Shown: positions 12,601 through 46,469 of the stretch, piece after piece | How the letters are laid out: each line of letters begins with the position of its first letter | How positions within the stretch are numbered: the stretch's first letter is position 1 | DNA from: Gekko japonicus | Lineage: Eukaryota | NCBI RefSeq assembly: GCF_001447785.1 | Contig: NW_015168652.1 | Location: 2,045,631 to 2,109,630 of the forward strand | DNA length: 64,000 bases | Direction of reading: 5' to 3' | Made by a program: the position numbers and the translations under genes | The notes under the pieces: model-generated | What the model was told of the DNA's origin: nothing | Seen by the model: the letters and a program-made list of their open reading frames with translations, nothing else | Databases searched by the model: none

Positions 12601-13116
12601 ACAGCAAACTTTCATATACTTTTTCTACAGCAGGATAGAAGCCATCCATCTGGGACTGACTGTAGTACACAGTAGTACCACATATAACTCCAGACAACCT
12701 TAATTAGGGAAGTTCCAGGGAAATCTGTGCCCTGAGTATAACTGAATTCATGTTAAGGCCTCCTTAGTGATTAAAGGTGAGTGGGTAGGAAGAAGCATCA
12801 CTACACGAAAAACTGGCCAGTATGTGGGCAGAGTAGGATACTTTGCTTGTGGTCCTCACTTCAGCTGTGTGCTGCTTAGGTTAGAATCCAGCAAGGATGA
12901 ATGTATAGATCAGTGAGGGCAAAAAGGTCCAAACTCCAGCCAGCCAGAAACAAACAGGACCTGCCCAGGAAATGCTATTAGTTAAGGGAAATTTAGTATG
13001 AACAATTTAGTACGAACAAGCTTCTTTCTTTTCTGTTTTAGGAACTTGTTGAAATGGTGAAAGCAAAGAAAGCTGCCCAAGAGCAAGTACAGAATGCTGC
13101 TAAAACGAAGAAATGA
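604..13116 (+). CDS. DNAJC2: DNAJC2 (MPP11/ZRF1, zuotin-like J-protein), 3' part: join(604..695,788..909,2656..2805,6971..7059,7146..7215,9432..9616,10160..10260,11588..11695,12191..12345,13042..13116); 5' exons lie upstream of the window
   Basis: Ten GT-AG exons splice in frame: [31 protein letters not shown]...SANT1 ([32 protein letters not shown])...SANT2 ([28 protein letters not shown])...KTKK*. The peptides are recognised as vertebrate DNAJC2. Confidence 0.97.
788..909 (+). CDS. DNAJC2: DNAJC2 coding exon (approx. 9)
   Basis: ttttag|ACACT...GAGAAG|gtaagt; (D)[27 protein letters not shown]. Confidence 0.95.
1196..1450 (-). mobile_element. Penelope-like element 3' end (pseudo-LTR) with minimal hammerhead motif
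   Basis: Minus strand reads GTAT-TTGAAAA-A-GTGTGC-CTT-GCACAT-GAAA-GCTC-ATAC...AATAAA...TTAAAGGTGCCACTGGACTC, the typical squamate Penelope tail; the 5' boundary is approximate. Confidence 0.75.
1294..1330 (-). ncRNA. Minimal type I hammerhead ribozyme motif (U3-A8 variant)
   Basis: Helix I GUAU/AUAC, core UUGAAAA, stem II GUGUGC/GCACAU, GAAA, palindromic AGCU, cleavage triplet CUC. Confidence 0.55.
2656..2805 (+). CDS. DNAJC2: DNAJC2 coding exon (approx. 10)
   Basis: ttcag|CAAAGG...TGCAAG|gtatct; [26 protein letters not shown]...KLRTICK. Confidence 0.95.
2820..3990 (-). mobile_element. RTE/BovB-type LINE, 5'-truncated and degenerate
   Basis: ORF 2918-3181 [21 protein letters not shown]...YFGHIMR...[17 protein letters not shown] is an RTE C-terminus; RT remnants ([11 protein letters not shown]) at ~3590-3625; (CA)n tail. 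Confidence 0.9.
4850..5291. mobile_element. Non-autonomous hAT-type DNA transposon
   Basis: Perfect 8-bp TSD AGAGTGGA (4842-4849, 5292-5299); CAG...CTG termini with diverged TIRs. Confidence 0.75.
5950..6200 (-). mobile_element. CR1 LINE 3' fragments (two tails)
   Basis: AAGAACATAAGAA octamer-tail complement followed by GCCCTGCTGGATCAG...GGTCCATCTA twice. Confidence 0.75.
6971..7059 (+). CDS. DNAJC2: DNAJC2 coding exon (approx. 11)
   Basis: tttcag|AACTGG...GCAAG|gtatgc; [29 protein letters not shown]. Confidence 0.95.
7146..7215 (+). CDS. DNAJC2: DNAJC2 coding exon (approx. 12)
   Basis: tttag|TCTGCAG...AAACAG|gtaatt; (S)[23 protein letters not shown]. Confidence 0.93.
7500..7727 (-). mobile_element. 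5S rRNA-derived SINE (5S-Sauria-like)
   Basis: Minus strand shows CCAATCTCGTCAGATCCCGAAAGCAAAGTAGGGCCGACCCTGGCAAGTATTCGGAAGAGAGAC, similar to the 5S A/IE/C boxes, with an RTE-like tail and (CA)n. Confidence 0.75.
7980..8530 (-). mobile_element. CR1 LINE 3' fragment
   Basis: Similar to the CR1 tails at 5950 and 21870; continues into degenerate ORF2 end (GTATTCCAAATGAGG...). Confidence 0.65.
8598..8882 (+). mobile_element. Young tRNA-derived SINE (Squam3B-like)
   Basis: A box TGGTGTAGTGG, B box GGTTTGATTCC, (CTT)n tail; near-identical copies elsewhere in the window. Confidence 0.85.
9432..9616 (+). CDS. DNAJC2: DNAJC2 coding exon (approx. 13), start of SANT1
   Basis: catag|ATAGAA...TCAAG|gtatat; [21 protein letters not shown]...[29 protein letters not shown]. 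Confidence 0.95.
10160..10260 (+). CDS. DNAJC2: DNAJC2 coding exon (approx. 14)
   Basis: tgtag|GTGGGAA...CTTG|gtatct; (R)[33 protein letters not shown]. Confidence 0.95.
11118..11312 (+). mobile_element. Older Squam3A-like tRNA SINE
   Basis: CAGTGTGGTATAGTG...GGTTTGAAGCCC...CCTCAGAGGGTTGTT...(TAAA)n. Confidence 0.6.
11588..11695 (+). CDS. DNAJC2: DNAJC2 coding exon (approx. 15)
   Basis: tctcag|ACCCT...TGAAG|gtaaat; (D)[35 protein letters not shown]. Confidence 0.95.
12191..12345 (+). CDS. DNAJC2: DNAJC2 coding exon (approx. 16), SANT2
   Basis: accag|TACCA...TATAAG|gtaggc; [45 protein letters not shown]. Confidence 0.95.
13042..13116 (+). CDS. DNAJC2: DNAJC2 last coding exon
   Basis: ttttag|GAACTT...AAA TGA; [24 protein letters not shown]. 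Confidence 0.95.
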   Translation, partial: ELVEMVKAKKAAQEQVQNAAKTKK

Positions 13117-13152
13117 GATTCTCAATGACAATCTTAATGTGTTTTGTTTTAT

Positions 13153-13158
13153 AATAAA
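13153..13158 (+). terminator. Putative DNAJC2 polyadenylation signal AATAAA
   Basis: AATAAA 36 nt after the stop codon, followed by a T/GT-rich stretch at ~13179-13205. Confidence 0.75.
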
Positions 13159-13181
13159 AATGCAAATACAACACCTGGGTT

Positions 13182-13187
13182 TTTATT
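13182..13187 (-). terminator. Putative PMPCB polyadenylation signal (TTTATT on + strand)
   Basis: AATAAA on the minus strand ~290 nt downstream of the PMPCB stop. Confidence 0.65.
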
Positions 13188-13475
13188 TGTTCTTTGGACG
13201 TTTGTACAGTTTCACATTTGTAGACCTGAATTTACTTGAAGATTCATTAGAAATTGGTGCAGCTTATTATTAGCTGAAGACAAATTATGACATGGTGAAT
13301 AAGTTTTTCTATTTTTTTAAAAAAACCTGCCCTTCCTCGTAATGCTTATTTGGCTTGCTATACATCAAACCTGCATTTTAGTAGACGAAAAATAACTTTT
13401 CCAGTCTCTAGAGTTGCAGTCTCTCTCCCAAAGAGTTCCTTCTGCTTATAAGAGAGCTTTACAATTAATGTCTTG

Positions 13476-37885
<24,410 letters not shown>

Positions 37886-38993
37886 ATCACTGCAAGGATG
37901 GCTGGCTGAGACGCTCGGACTGGGAGAGCTTCCGGGGGGAGCCGGATGGCGGTATTGAAATAAATAAATATGGCTTGTGGCAACATTACGTCTGATTGCG
38001 CGTGCGTGTGTCTTTTTTTTTTTTTTTTACCGGCTTCCTCTTTGCTCTCATTTTGTTTCAGGCAGGAGATCATGAGAACATTCTGTGATCTTGTGTAAGC
38101 TAGATAGATCTCTTTCAAAATGTCGTGTGTTGGACATAAGGAGAAGTAATAAATGATGACAATATTGATTGCCGGTATCTTTTTCTCATTTATGAATAAT
38201 TAATATTTTCGCGGAGTGGTTGATAGGTTGTTGTCCCCCCTGCTTCAGACAGATTCTACTGTAGTCTTACTTGGGGAAGGAATGGCCAAACAGATTTTTT
38301 AAAAATTAAAATCTCAGTGTAGTTGTTGTTCCAAGACACGTTGTTAAGAACCTCACCATTGTACGTTATTCTGTACAATTAGTACAAAGTAAATATAATT
38401 ATCTCTCTGCATGTACCTAAGACAGGCTATTACAAGAAATTGGTCTATTTTAAGTGGTATATTCAGGTGGGTAGCCATGTTGGTCTGAAGTAGCCGAAGA
38501 AAATTTGAGCATGCCATAATTAAGGATACATCTGCCCATCAATCTCCAATTTTGACATATTTCTTTCTTTCACAAAGTTTCCCCCCGGAATTAAACCCAA
38601 ACAAATAGTAACCATATAAACTAAACTTGTTATTCCTGTTTGGTCCTTGAATCTGTTAAACATCTTCATTGCACTGGGAAGGGCTTTTTACTCTTCTCCA
38701 GTTATACAGTAGTGTATGGAAAGCTGGGAAGAGCACACAGCTACTTATATACTAGTAGGCATATACAACATGTGTCATTGAACTAATTTTTATTTACACC
38801 ATTTTTACTTGCAAATTCCATATCATGAGATTGTTTTGCTTTTTGGTTCTGCTCTGATCTAAAAAAAGAACTTCAAAATGCATACAGTGTTGTTTCTTGG
38901 ACCAAGAACCAGGCATACAAATCTGCAACCAAACTGTGTTTACTTCTATCTGTTTGTACTCTAAATGTCCACTCTCATCCTGGCTAGATCCTG

Positions 38994-39098
38994 GGTGATC
39001 TACATGCAAATAGAGAAAAAGAGGTGATCTACATGCAAATAGAGAAAAAGAGGTGATCTACATGCAAATAGAGAAAAAGAGGTGATCCACATGCAAAT
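38994..39098. repeat. 29-bp tandem repeat, ~3.6 copies
   Basis: GGTGATCTACATGCAAATAGAGAAAAAGA x3 plus a partial unit. Confidence 0.9.
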
Positions 39099-39239
39099 GA
39101 TCATGGACAAAATAATGAACGTTGCACATTCGTGTTGCCCGTCTGATGAAGTTGTACTTGTGGAAGAATATACTATTTCCCATGTTGTGAAATAAGCAAC
39201 AGTTTCTTACGATAATGAACTTGCCACATAAGCCTTATA

Positions 39240-40902
39240 TCTATATATCTAATAGCCAAACTCTGTTCTCTGTGTGGATACTTATTTCTGCCCATAGAGG
39301 GCTCATTCTCTCCCAACAGCATTTTCTACAGACTCAAGGAACTACCCGGGGCCTGCAGAAAAATCCAAAAAGTTTTTTATAAAACCCTTCAGGGAGGGTG
39401 GAATTCCCTCCAATACCTTTTGAAATAGCCTCCACAGGGATCTACTTCAGGCATCAACAGTGAGAGATTAGAAAGTTTGGGGGGGAGGCTTCTAACTGCC
39501 TCTATCAGTAAAAGGCGGGGGGGAGAGCCTATTTTGACCTTTGAGGGAGGGGGCCTTGGGGTTGCCAGTGCCAGCCTGGGGAATTCCTAGAGATTTTGTG
39601 CTGGACTCTAAGGAGGGCTGGGTTTGGGGAAGGGAGACGCCTCAGTTATAATGCCACAGAGTCCACACTCCAAAGCAGCCATTTTCTCCAGGGAGACAAA
39701 TCTCTACTGTCTATAGAGTTCAGTTATAATTCTGGGGGGTCTCCAGGTCCCACTTGGAGGTTTTCAACCCTAGGCCTGGCAGCAGTCTAGGGTTGTCAGG
39801 TCCCCCCTAATTTGCATGACTCAACTAGGCCTGACTTCTTGCTACTGTTCATCAGCAGCTATGAAAGCCAGGGTGGTGCAGGAGTTAGAGCTTCAAAGTA
39901 GGGTCTGCAAGACCAAGGTTCAGATCCCCATCTTGCAGTGGAAGCTGACTGGGAGATTTTGGACCAGTCACATACTTTCAGCCTAACCCACCTCACACAG
40001 TTGTGCAGATAAAAAGGAGGAGAGAATAACATGAGCTGCTTTGGTCCCCACTGTGGAGAAAGGCTGTAATTTTCCTAGGTAGAGGCTGTGGGGGAGGGGG
40101 GTGGAGACGGAAAGCTGAAGACAGAAAGGAAGATAAAGATAGGTTAGCTGTTGGATGGGAATGAAGTAGGGCTGCCAACTCCAGGTTGGAAAATTCCTGG
40201 ACATCTTAGGGGTTGAGCCTGGGGAGGGTGGGATTTGAGGAGGGGAGAAACTTCAGACTGGTGTAATGCCATAGACTCTACCCTCTAAACGAGCCATTTC
40301 CTCCAAGAGAACTACCATTGCCAGCCTCCAGGTGAGGGCTAGAAATCACCCAGAATTACAACTGCTGTCCAGGTGACAGAGATCAGTTACCCTGGATAAA
40401 GTGGCTGCTTTGGAGGGTTGACTATATGGCATTGTGCCCTGCTGAGGCTGCTTGCCTCCCAAGGTTCACTGTCCCAAGGCTCCACCCCCAAATCTCCAGG
40501 AATTTCCCAACCTGGAGCTGTCAGCCCTAAGGTGAATTGATCTCTGTTGCTGGGAGATCCGTTGTGATTCCCAGAGAGCTGCCACTGCTGCTATGGTGGG
40601 AGGGAGCAGGCGGGTGGCTGGGAGCGCTGATACCGCTGCTGCTGTGGGGGGTGGAGGAAGAAGTGGACAGGAAGCTGGGAGAGTGATGGGGGCAGAAAGA
40701 GAATGATGGGGTGGGGAGGCAGAAAAACAGAATGATGAGGGGTAGAAAGAGAGAGGAAGTAACATGCATGGAGGAGAGAGGGGGGTAAGAAAAGGGGGGG
40801 CAGAAGGGGAAAGAATGTGAGAGAGGTAGGGGGAGAGGGGAGGAAGCAAAGGCATGAGGAATAGAATAACTCTCCTGCAAGTTTCTTGCAGGTCTCCACT
40901 TG
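39240..40902 (+). mobile_element. Non-autonomous Helitron-like composite element, copy B
   Basis: A|TCTATATATCTAAT start; hairpin CCTGCAAG-TTT-CTTGCAGG (40874-40892) then CTTG|T; inserted between A and T, no TSD. Confidence 0.75.
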
Positions 40903-40909
40903 TCTAATA

Positions 40910-41315
40910 TAATTGCATTTGATGATCCTATCTGTGGCCAAGTGGTACAAGTTAGTGTGTGTAATTTTCAGGTATGAGATATATTTGAAATCATGAGTGC
41001 TGTCAACAAACTGATACAAGAAGTTCAAGGGACAAATCAGTTTGGAGAAAATCCAGCTTAGAAAAAGGTAATCAAGGGGTGACATGACAGAGGTATGCAA
41101 AATGATGTATGGTGAATAGAAACCTCTCCCATGATACTAGAATGCAGGATCACTCTGCAAAGCTGACTGGCAGCACATTCAAGACAGGCAATGCAACTTT
41201 GCACAATGTGTAGTTGACTTGTTAGAACTCACTGCCACAAGATGTGGTATTTCCCACTGGGTTAAGTGGATTTAAAAGGAGGTTAGACAGATTTATGGAG
41301 GACAGCCTATAGATA
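40910..41315 (+). mobile_element. Degenerate CR1 ORF2/3' fragment
   Basis: GGGGTGACATGACAGAGGTATGCAAAATGATG...GGATTTAAAAGGAGGTTAGACAGATTTATGGAGGA. Confidence 0.6.
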
Positions 41316-41827
41316 GCAGAGCTTAGTCATAGACAAGGGGTTGGCATAGATCCCTGTGAGAAAGGAGGACCACAAAAGTGACATGTGGGCCCTGAGCCAC
41401 CATGGGCTTGGCTGAATTTTAAAACAGCTGGGGTTGGGTGTAGGGTACAACTGCAGCAGGCGGGCAGCATCCTCTTCCCCAGACTGGGATCTGATAAAAA
41501 GTCAGGCCTAGCTGAGAGAAGGGAGGAAGGGCTGCAATGAAAGCAGGCCGCCAAGGGAAGGCCAAGAAAGGACTTCGTTGCAGGCAGCTCGCTAAAGTGA
41601 GAAGCAGAGATGGCTCTCAAGTAGCTAATAGGTCCTAGAGACCAAGAGGACTAGGCAGCTGAGAACAAGGACCAGCAGAAGTGCTCCCTGGGTGGGGCTG
41701 GCCAGCAGATGGGGAAGGATTGCAAATGCAGATCAAAAGGACAACACTCTTTAGCTCTGTGTGTGTGTAAGGAAGAGTAAAGAAAGGGCATGGCAGTTGT
41801 TGGTGAGGGTGGGCAAAAAGGGGGACA

Positions 41828-42200
41828 CTCGGGTCATTTTGTAGAAAAAGAGGTGCAGGAGCTCATTAGCATAACTCATTAGCATAACTTATTTGCATAT
41901 GCCACACACCCTGACATCACCAGAAGTGTGTCAGAAGGCAACACCCACTGCTCAGGCTCCACTGGACTGTTTTGGATTGCTAGCTATGGGGACACGCACA
42001 GATCCTCATGCTCCTCGTGGCCCGGGGCTGCTGGAAGCAGGGGGCAGGGTTGTTGCATGTGCCCACCCCCTGGGCTCTTTACTGCCGGAGCTCCGCTCCT
42101 GTGCACTCCTGCAGGAAATTACCCCTGGGGACACTGTAACCGGTGCCTCTGAGCACTAGCATGAAAACAGGTGCCCCTGCCTCCTGAGGACTAGTATGAA
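41828..42200. mobile_element. hAT MITE remnant (CTCATTAGCATA family)
   Basis: GGGTCATTTTGTAGAAAAAGAG...CTCATTAGCATAACTCATTAGCATA...GCCACACACCCTGACATCACC, as at 23299; right end unclear. Confidence 0.6.
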
Positions 42201-43099
42201 AATCCTCAGCTAACAAACCTTCCTAGAACAGGGCCACAACTTTGAAACAATCCAAATATTTATTGAACACCATTAGAAACAGTTTTGAATGCAAGTCAGA
42301 GGACTGAGGTTGCCAGTCCTATTGGTCTCACAAGGTTCCTGTGTTTTTGAAAGGTACATGGACAGACTACAGAATCACAGGCAAAAATGTGCTTATCACT
42401 GCCTGCCCTCAATAGGTACAGTTGTGTTGGTCTGTTAAGCAGCTTGCCATAGTGCAGAAGCCAGGTCAGGGCAAGAGAGCTGGCAACCTGACAGAAGACC
42501 AGTTTATATGTACATGAATCACTGCAGCTGTTGGTCATGTCATAAGCTGCTAGCTGGCAGTGTTTATCAGCTATAGATTTTTAGAGAAAGCCACTATGCA
42601 GGAGCTCCTCTAGTTTCTATAGTTTCCATTTTCCACTTATGTGCTTCAGACGATTCCCACGTTGGGGGGGATAGTGTAGTCACTGGGACAGTACTTTCTC
42701 ACCCCTTGTACAGAGTTGTGGTGGAACTCCACCTGAAGTTTCTGTTTCTGCCACTCAATGGGCTCTGTTTATTTAAGGCGAAAAGCATTATGAGTGTTTG
42801 GCCAACAGTAGCAATGGTAGGAATGGCTGGTATTTTCCCAGAAATGTGCTTTCCACTCCCTACGCCCCCTCTCCCACTTGCATGTGGGGTTACACAGGAC
42901 ATTTCCAAGCCCCTCTCCGCACCCTGTGTGAGAGGCAGCAACTGTTGAAGTTGGAAGAGTTGTTGAGCCAATACACGGTAGGTACATGTGGGATGGCCGG
43001 GGGGGGGGGGGCATTTTCAGCAAGGGATTTCCCTCTCTTGCTCCAAAGTGAGGGGAGAATTGTCTTGCATCCCTAGTGGAGGTGTTTGTACCTGTAAAG

Positions 43100-43516
43100 C
43101 AGGGGTGTCAAACATGCGGCCCAGGGGCCGGATTAAGCCCCCAGAGGGCTTCCATCAGGCCTGCAGTGGGACTGGCCATCTACTGCTTCCAGTTCTGCTG
43201 CTGCATCATAGCTTGCTTTGCCAGACTCTCTTCATCACTCAGCCATTTCATGTTTTAACCTGGGTCCTGGACTCAGAACTCTGAGCATGAGATTTCTGTG
43301 GTGAATGTCAATAAATCAAAAGTAGGTTTGCAACTTACAGAGCTAATATGTTAAGCATGTTTTTATTTTAAGTTAAAAAATCTTTGTGTTTGTATCCTTT
43401 ATAAAGTTTATATCTCAGCTACCTGGCATTACATTTTATGACACGCATGGCCCGGCCCAACAAGGTCTCATTTATGTCAGACCCAGCCCTCATGATAAAT
43501 GAGTTCGACACCCCTG
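43100..43516. mobile_element. hAT/Charlie-like MITE
   Basis: TIR CAGGGGTGTCAAAC / GTTCGACACCCCTG; perfect TSD CTGTAAAG (43092-43099, 43517-43524). Confidence 0.9.
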
Positions 43517-43599
43517 CTGTAAAGGCTCTGAGCAGAGTAGTGTTAGCAACCTGTTGTACCAGTTTCAAGTATAAATAAGATGCTTAAAGTTTCACAAAG

Positions 43600-45208
43600 G
43601 AAGACAGTTAGCTTATGGAGCAGTAATTGAATGGATCAGAACTATATCCTTTCTTGTAAATAGGTACAATAAAAGATTGGAGCCAAGGCACTGGAATTAC
43701 AAGTGCATCATTAACTGTGGTAAACAAAGCTGTTATAGTAGTGCCCAACACTCAGGAAAGGTCTTTAACAAATCCACTGGCAAGAAATCTGGCCCAGGAG
43801 CTTTACCTGCCTTGACATGGTAAATTAATCCTCTTACTTCCTGCTCTGTTACTGAAAGCCAAATCGGCAAAGGGCTAACTGGGGTGATTGAGGATGATAG
43901 TAAAAAGGGGAAGGTCTTGCTGGCCCCTGTATTATTAAAAAGGACAAAAAAGAAGGCGTCCCAGACCTCTGCTGGAAAACAAAAACACAGGGCCCTAACT
44001 GTGGCAAGGGAATTTGAAACCAAGGTCTAGCATCATTGTTATGAGCTGCTATATAAGCTGGCACCACTGATTGGTACAGTGCCGGGATTTCTTAAAGAAA
44101 AGGGCCTTATAGATCCTTTTTGTCAAAAGCAATCTATGCAATGCTGCCACTGAATTAGCCTGCTGAAAATAGTGATGAGAAATCTCCACCCCTTGCTTGC
44201 CTGCACCCATTATCAAACCAGCCCCTGTCCAACCTAGAGGGAGAAAAAAAGAGGGGCCTTGAGTGCCCGGCATAAAGGGGCTGCAAAACATCCAGTAGCA
44301 CTACAAAGTTCTGCACTCCAAGTTTCACTGCAGAGGCTGCAATAATATTTTCTTTCCGCAAGAAGTGAGAAAAAAAGGAGAGCCTTAGGCCAATGAGAGT
44401 GTGCTGGAGTCCATTTGCTCAGTTTAATCATGCTCCTATACAGTTCCCCTGGTGGTCCAGTGGGCCTGACAGGGCAGACAACCATGGGGACTCGGGAGAT
44501 CCAGCACTAACTGGAGGGGGAGGTGATCAACACCATAGAAATCTGCCACTGTAAAACTCTTCACCCAGTTCAAAATGGATTGTGAAACTAAGGTATAATC
44601 AACACTTTGCCCAAAAAACAGAAAGGATAGTCTCCCTGGCCATCCAGCCCCTCGTTAGCCATTAAGAATAACCAAAACCTCTCTCCAGGAAAGTTGGGCT
44701 AACTCCTGTTAAATTAACCTTATTGTCTTTAGACTGCCATAGAGAAAAGGGGAATCCATGTCTACTTCTCCCATCCAAAGTTTAGAGCCAAGCAGATCCT
44801 CATCCCTTTCCCTTCATATTTAGCATTACAGTCCCAACACAGTAACAAGGAAACTCCAGGGTGAGTAGATAGCAGATTATCCAGAAAGGCATCCAGCCTG
44901 TTCCAAGTGGTACTAGAAGCCCCTATAGAAGCCCCTAGAGTAGAAACCAGAGAAACATACACGGTTACAATAAGCAGTGACAAACTGGAAACCTAAAAGA
45001 GGATTGTCAGAGCCATTGAAGGGTAATTAGAAAGCTGAGACCATTTCTCCATGAAATACTGGCTCAGGAGTCTACCTCCAATGGCATCTTTACTGCTGGG
45101 GATGGACAGCATTGAAAAACCTGAACAAAAAACATTGTCCATAGCCCAGGTCTCTCGCCACAAGAGACAATCAAACGTACTAAGAAATTGACAAAAAATC
45201 TTAAACAA
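43600..45208 (-). mobile_element. Degenerate non-LTR retrotransposon, APE endonuclease/linker region
   Basis: Fragments LLWRETWA, LLIVTVY, LLCWDCNAK, DYTLVS...DHLP, then KAGKAPGPDFLPVDLLK..PECWA; many frameshifts. Confidence 0.7.
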
Positions 45209-45860
45209 TCTTCCTCATGTTGGAAATTTTGTTATATTCAGATATCATAAACAGAGATACAATAATTGTGATGTGTTCAAACTGCTTTTACAGCAGGAGG
45301 CAAAGTGGATTTTCAAATTGCAGTCTATGCATCCTCGAGGATTGAATCAAAATATAGATTATGCATGTTTTTTATAGTATGGATACATTGTTGGTATGTT
45401 AATTTTTTGTGGAATATCACTTTAAATGTACTTTGAAGTGAATAATTGAAGACATCTGGGAACTTCTGCATTGGAAGCATTTATTGCATTGTATGCGAGT
45501 TGCTTTTACAAGCGATGTTTCTGCATAGAGATAGAGTTACATAGAAAATGAGTGGAATGTTTCCTCCTGAATTTTGATACAGGTATTGTATTATAAATTG
45601 GGATTTTATTCTATTGTATCTAGGTTCTTAGTGTCATGATAAATGTTGTGAATTCTTTATAGAATAGATTGGTATGTTGGTTCTTCTTTGAAAAAGTTTC
45701 AGTGTGAAACGAGACAGCCGTTAGCTAGCACGCTCGTTAAAGAATCTATTGTGAATCTTCAAGATTTTTTCATCTGGAATCGTCCCTCTGGAGCAAGAAT
45801 TTCAACACTTATTAGACTTTTTGCACATTTCCTTTTATAGTTATTTACACTATTGTGGAT
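45209..45860 (+). mobile_element. Penelope-like element: GIY-YIG C-terminus plus 3' UTR with hammerhead-like motif
   Basis: LLLQQEAKWIFKLQSMHPRGLNQNIDYACFL* (stop 45375-45377) fits the PLE E-W-I-x-x-L-x-x-x-x-P-x-G-L-N end; TTGAAAA...GAAAC at ~45688-45710. Confidence 0.75.
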
Positions 45861-45879
45861 GTATGTTTATATGATTACG

Positions 45880-46100
45880 ATGAAAACTGGTGGAAGGAAC
45901 ATTAACAATTTGAGGTATCCAGATGACACCACATTACTGTCAGAAAACAGTGAAGACTTGAAATGGCTACTGATGAAGATTAAAGCAGACATTTCCAAAA
46001 CAGGATTCCAGCTGAACATCAAGATGACAAAAATAATGCCTACTGGGGAATTATACAAATTTAAGGTCAATGATGAAGAAACTGAAATTGCCAAAGATTT
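45880..46100 (+). mobile_element. RTE/BovB RT fragment
   Basis: [32 protein letters not shown]...GFQLNIKMTKIM. Confidence 0.85.
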
Positions 46101-46469
46101 CCGTGCTGCCTCTCAGGCAGCTGTCCTGCCCTGCATGAACTACCGCTGGGTAGCGAGAGAGGCGGGAAGGGAAGGAAAGGTGAGTTTGCCTGTCACTCAT
46201 GCAGCACGGCAGGAGGACGAGCGCTGCCTCCCGGGCGCTGTAGTACCCTGGAGCGCACGCAGAGATCTCTCTGAGACCCTCAGCCACCCATGCTGAGCTC
46301 CCTGCTGGGAGACCCGGTGCCTTGGAAGCTCTGCAAGGGTCCCCGCACAGCTAAGAGATCTGAGCTGCTCATCTGCAGTGAGGGGGGGCGCCACAAGGTA
46401 GCCTCGCCTGGGGGGGGGGCACCACAAGTTAGCCTCGCCTAGAGCGCAGAAACTCCTCGGGCTGGCCCT

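Noticed and set aside
38794-39009. ORF with KQIEVNTV, similar to glutathione synthetase KQIEINT
   Set aside because: No upstream RSDYM motif in any frame I read and no other similarity; chance match.
38994-39098. 29-bp repeats as a CRISPR array
   Set aside because: No spacers, and the context is a vertebrate genome.
40874-40892. Apparent compensatory change in the Helitron hairpin (C-G to T-A versus copy C)
   Set aside because: Both changes are CpG-type transitions (CG>TG, CG>CA), so this is not evidence of selection.
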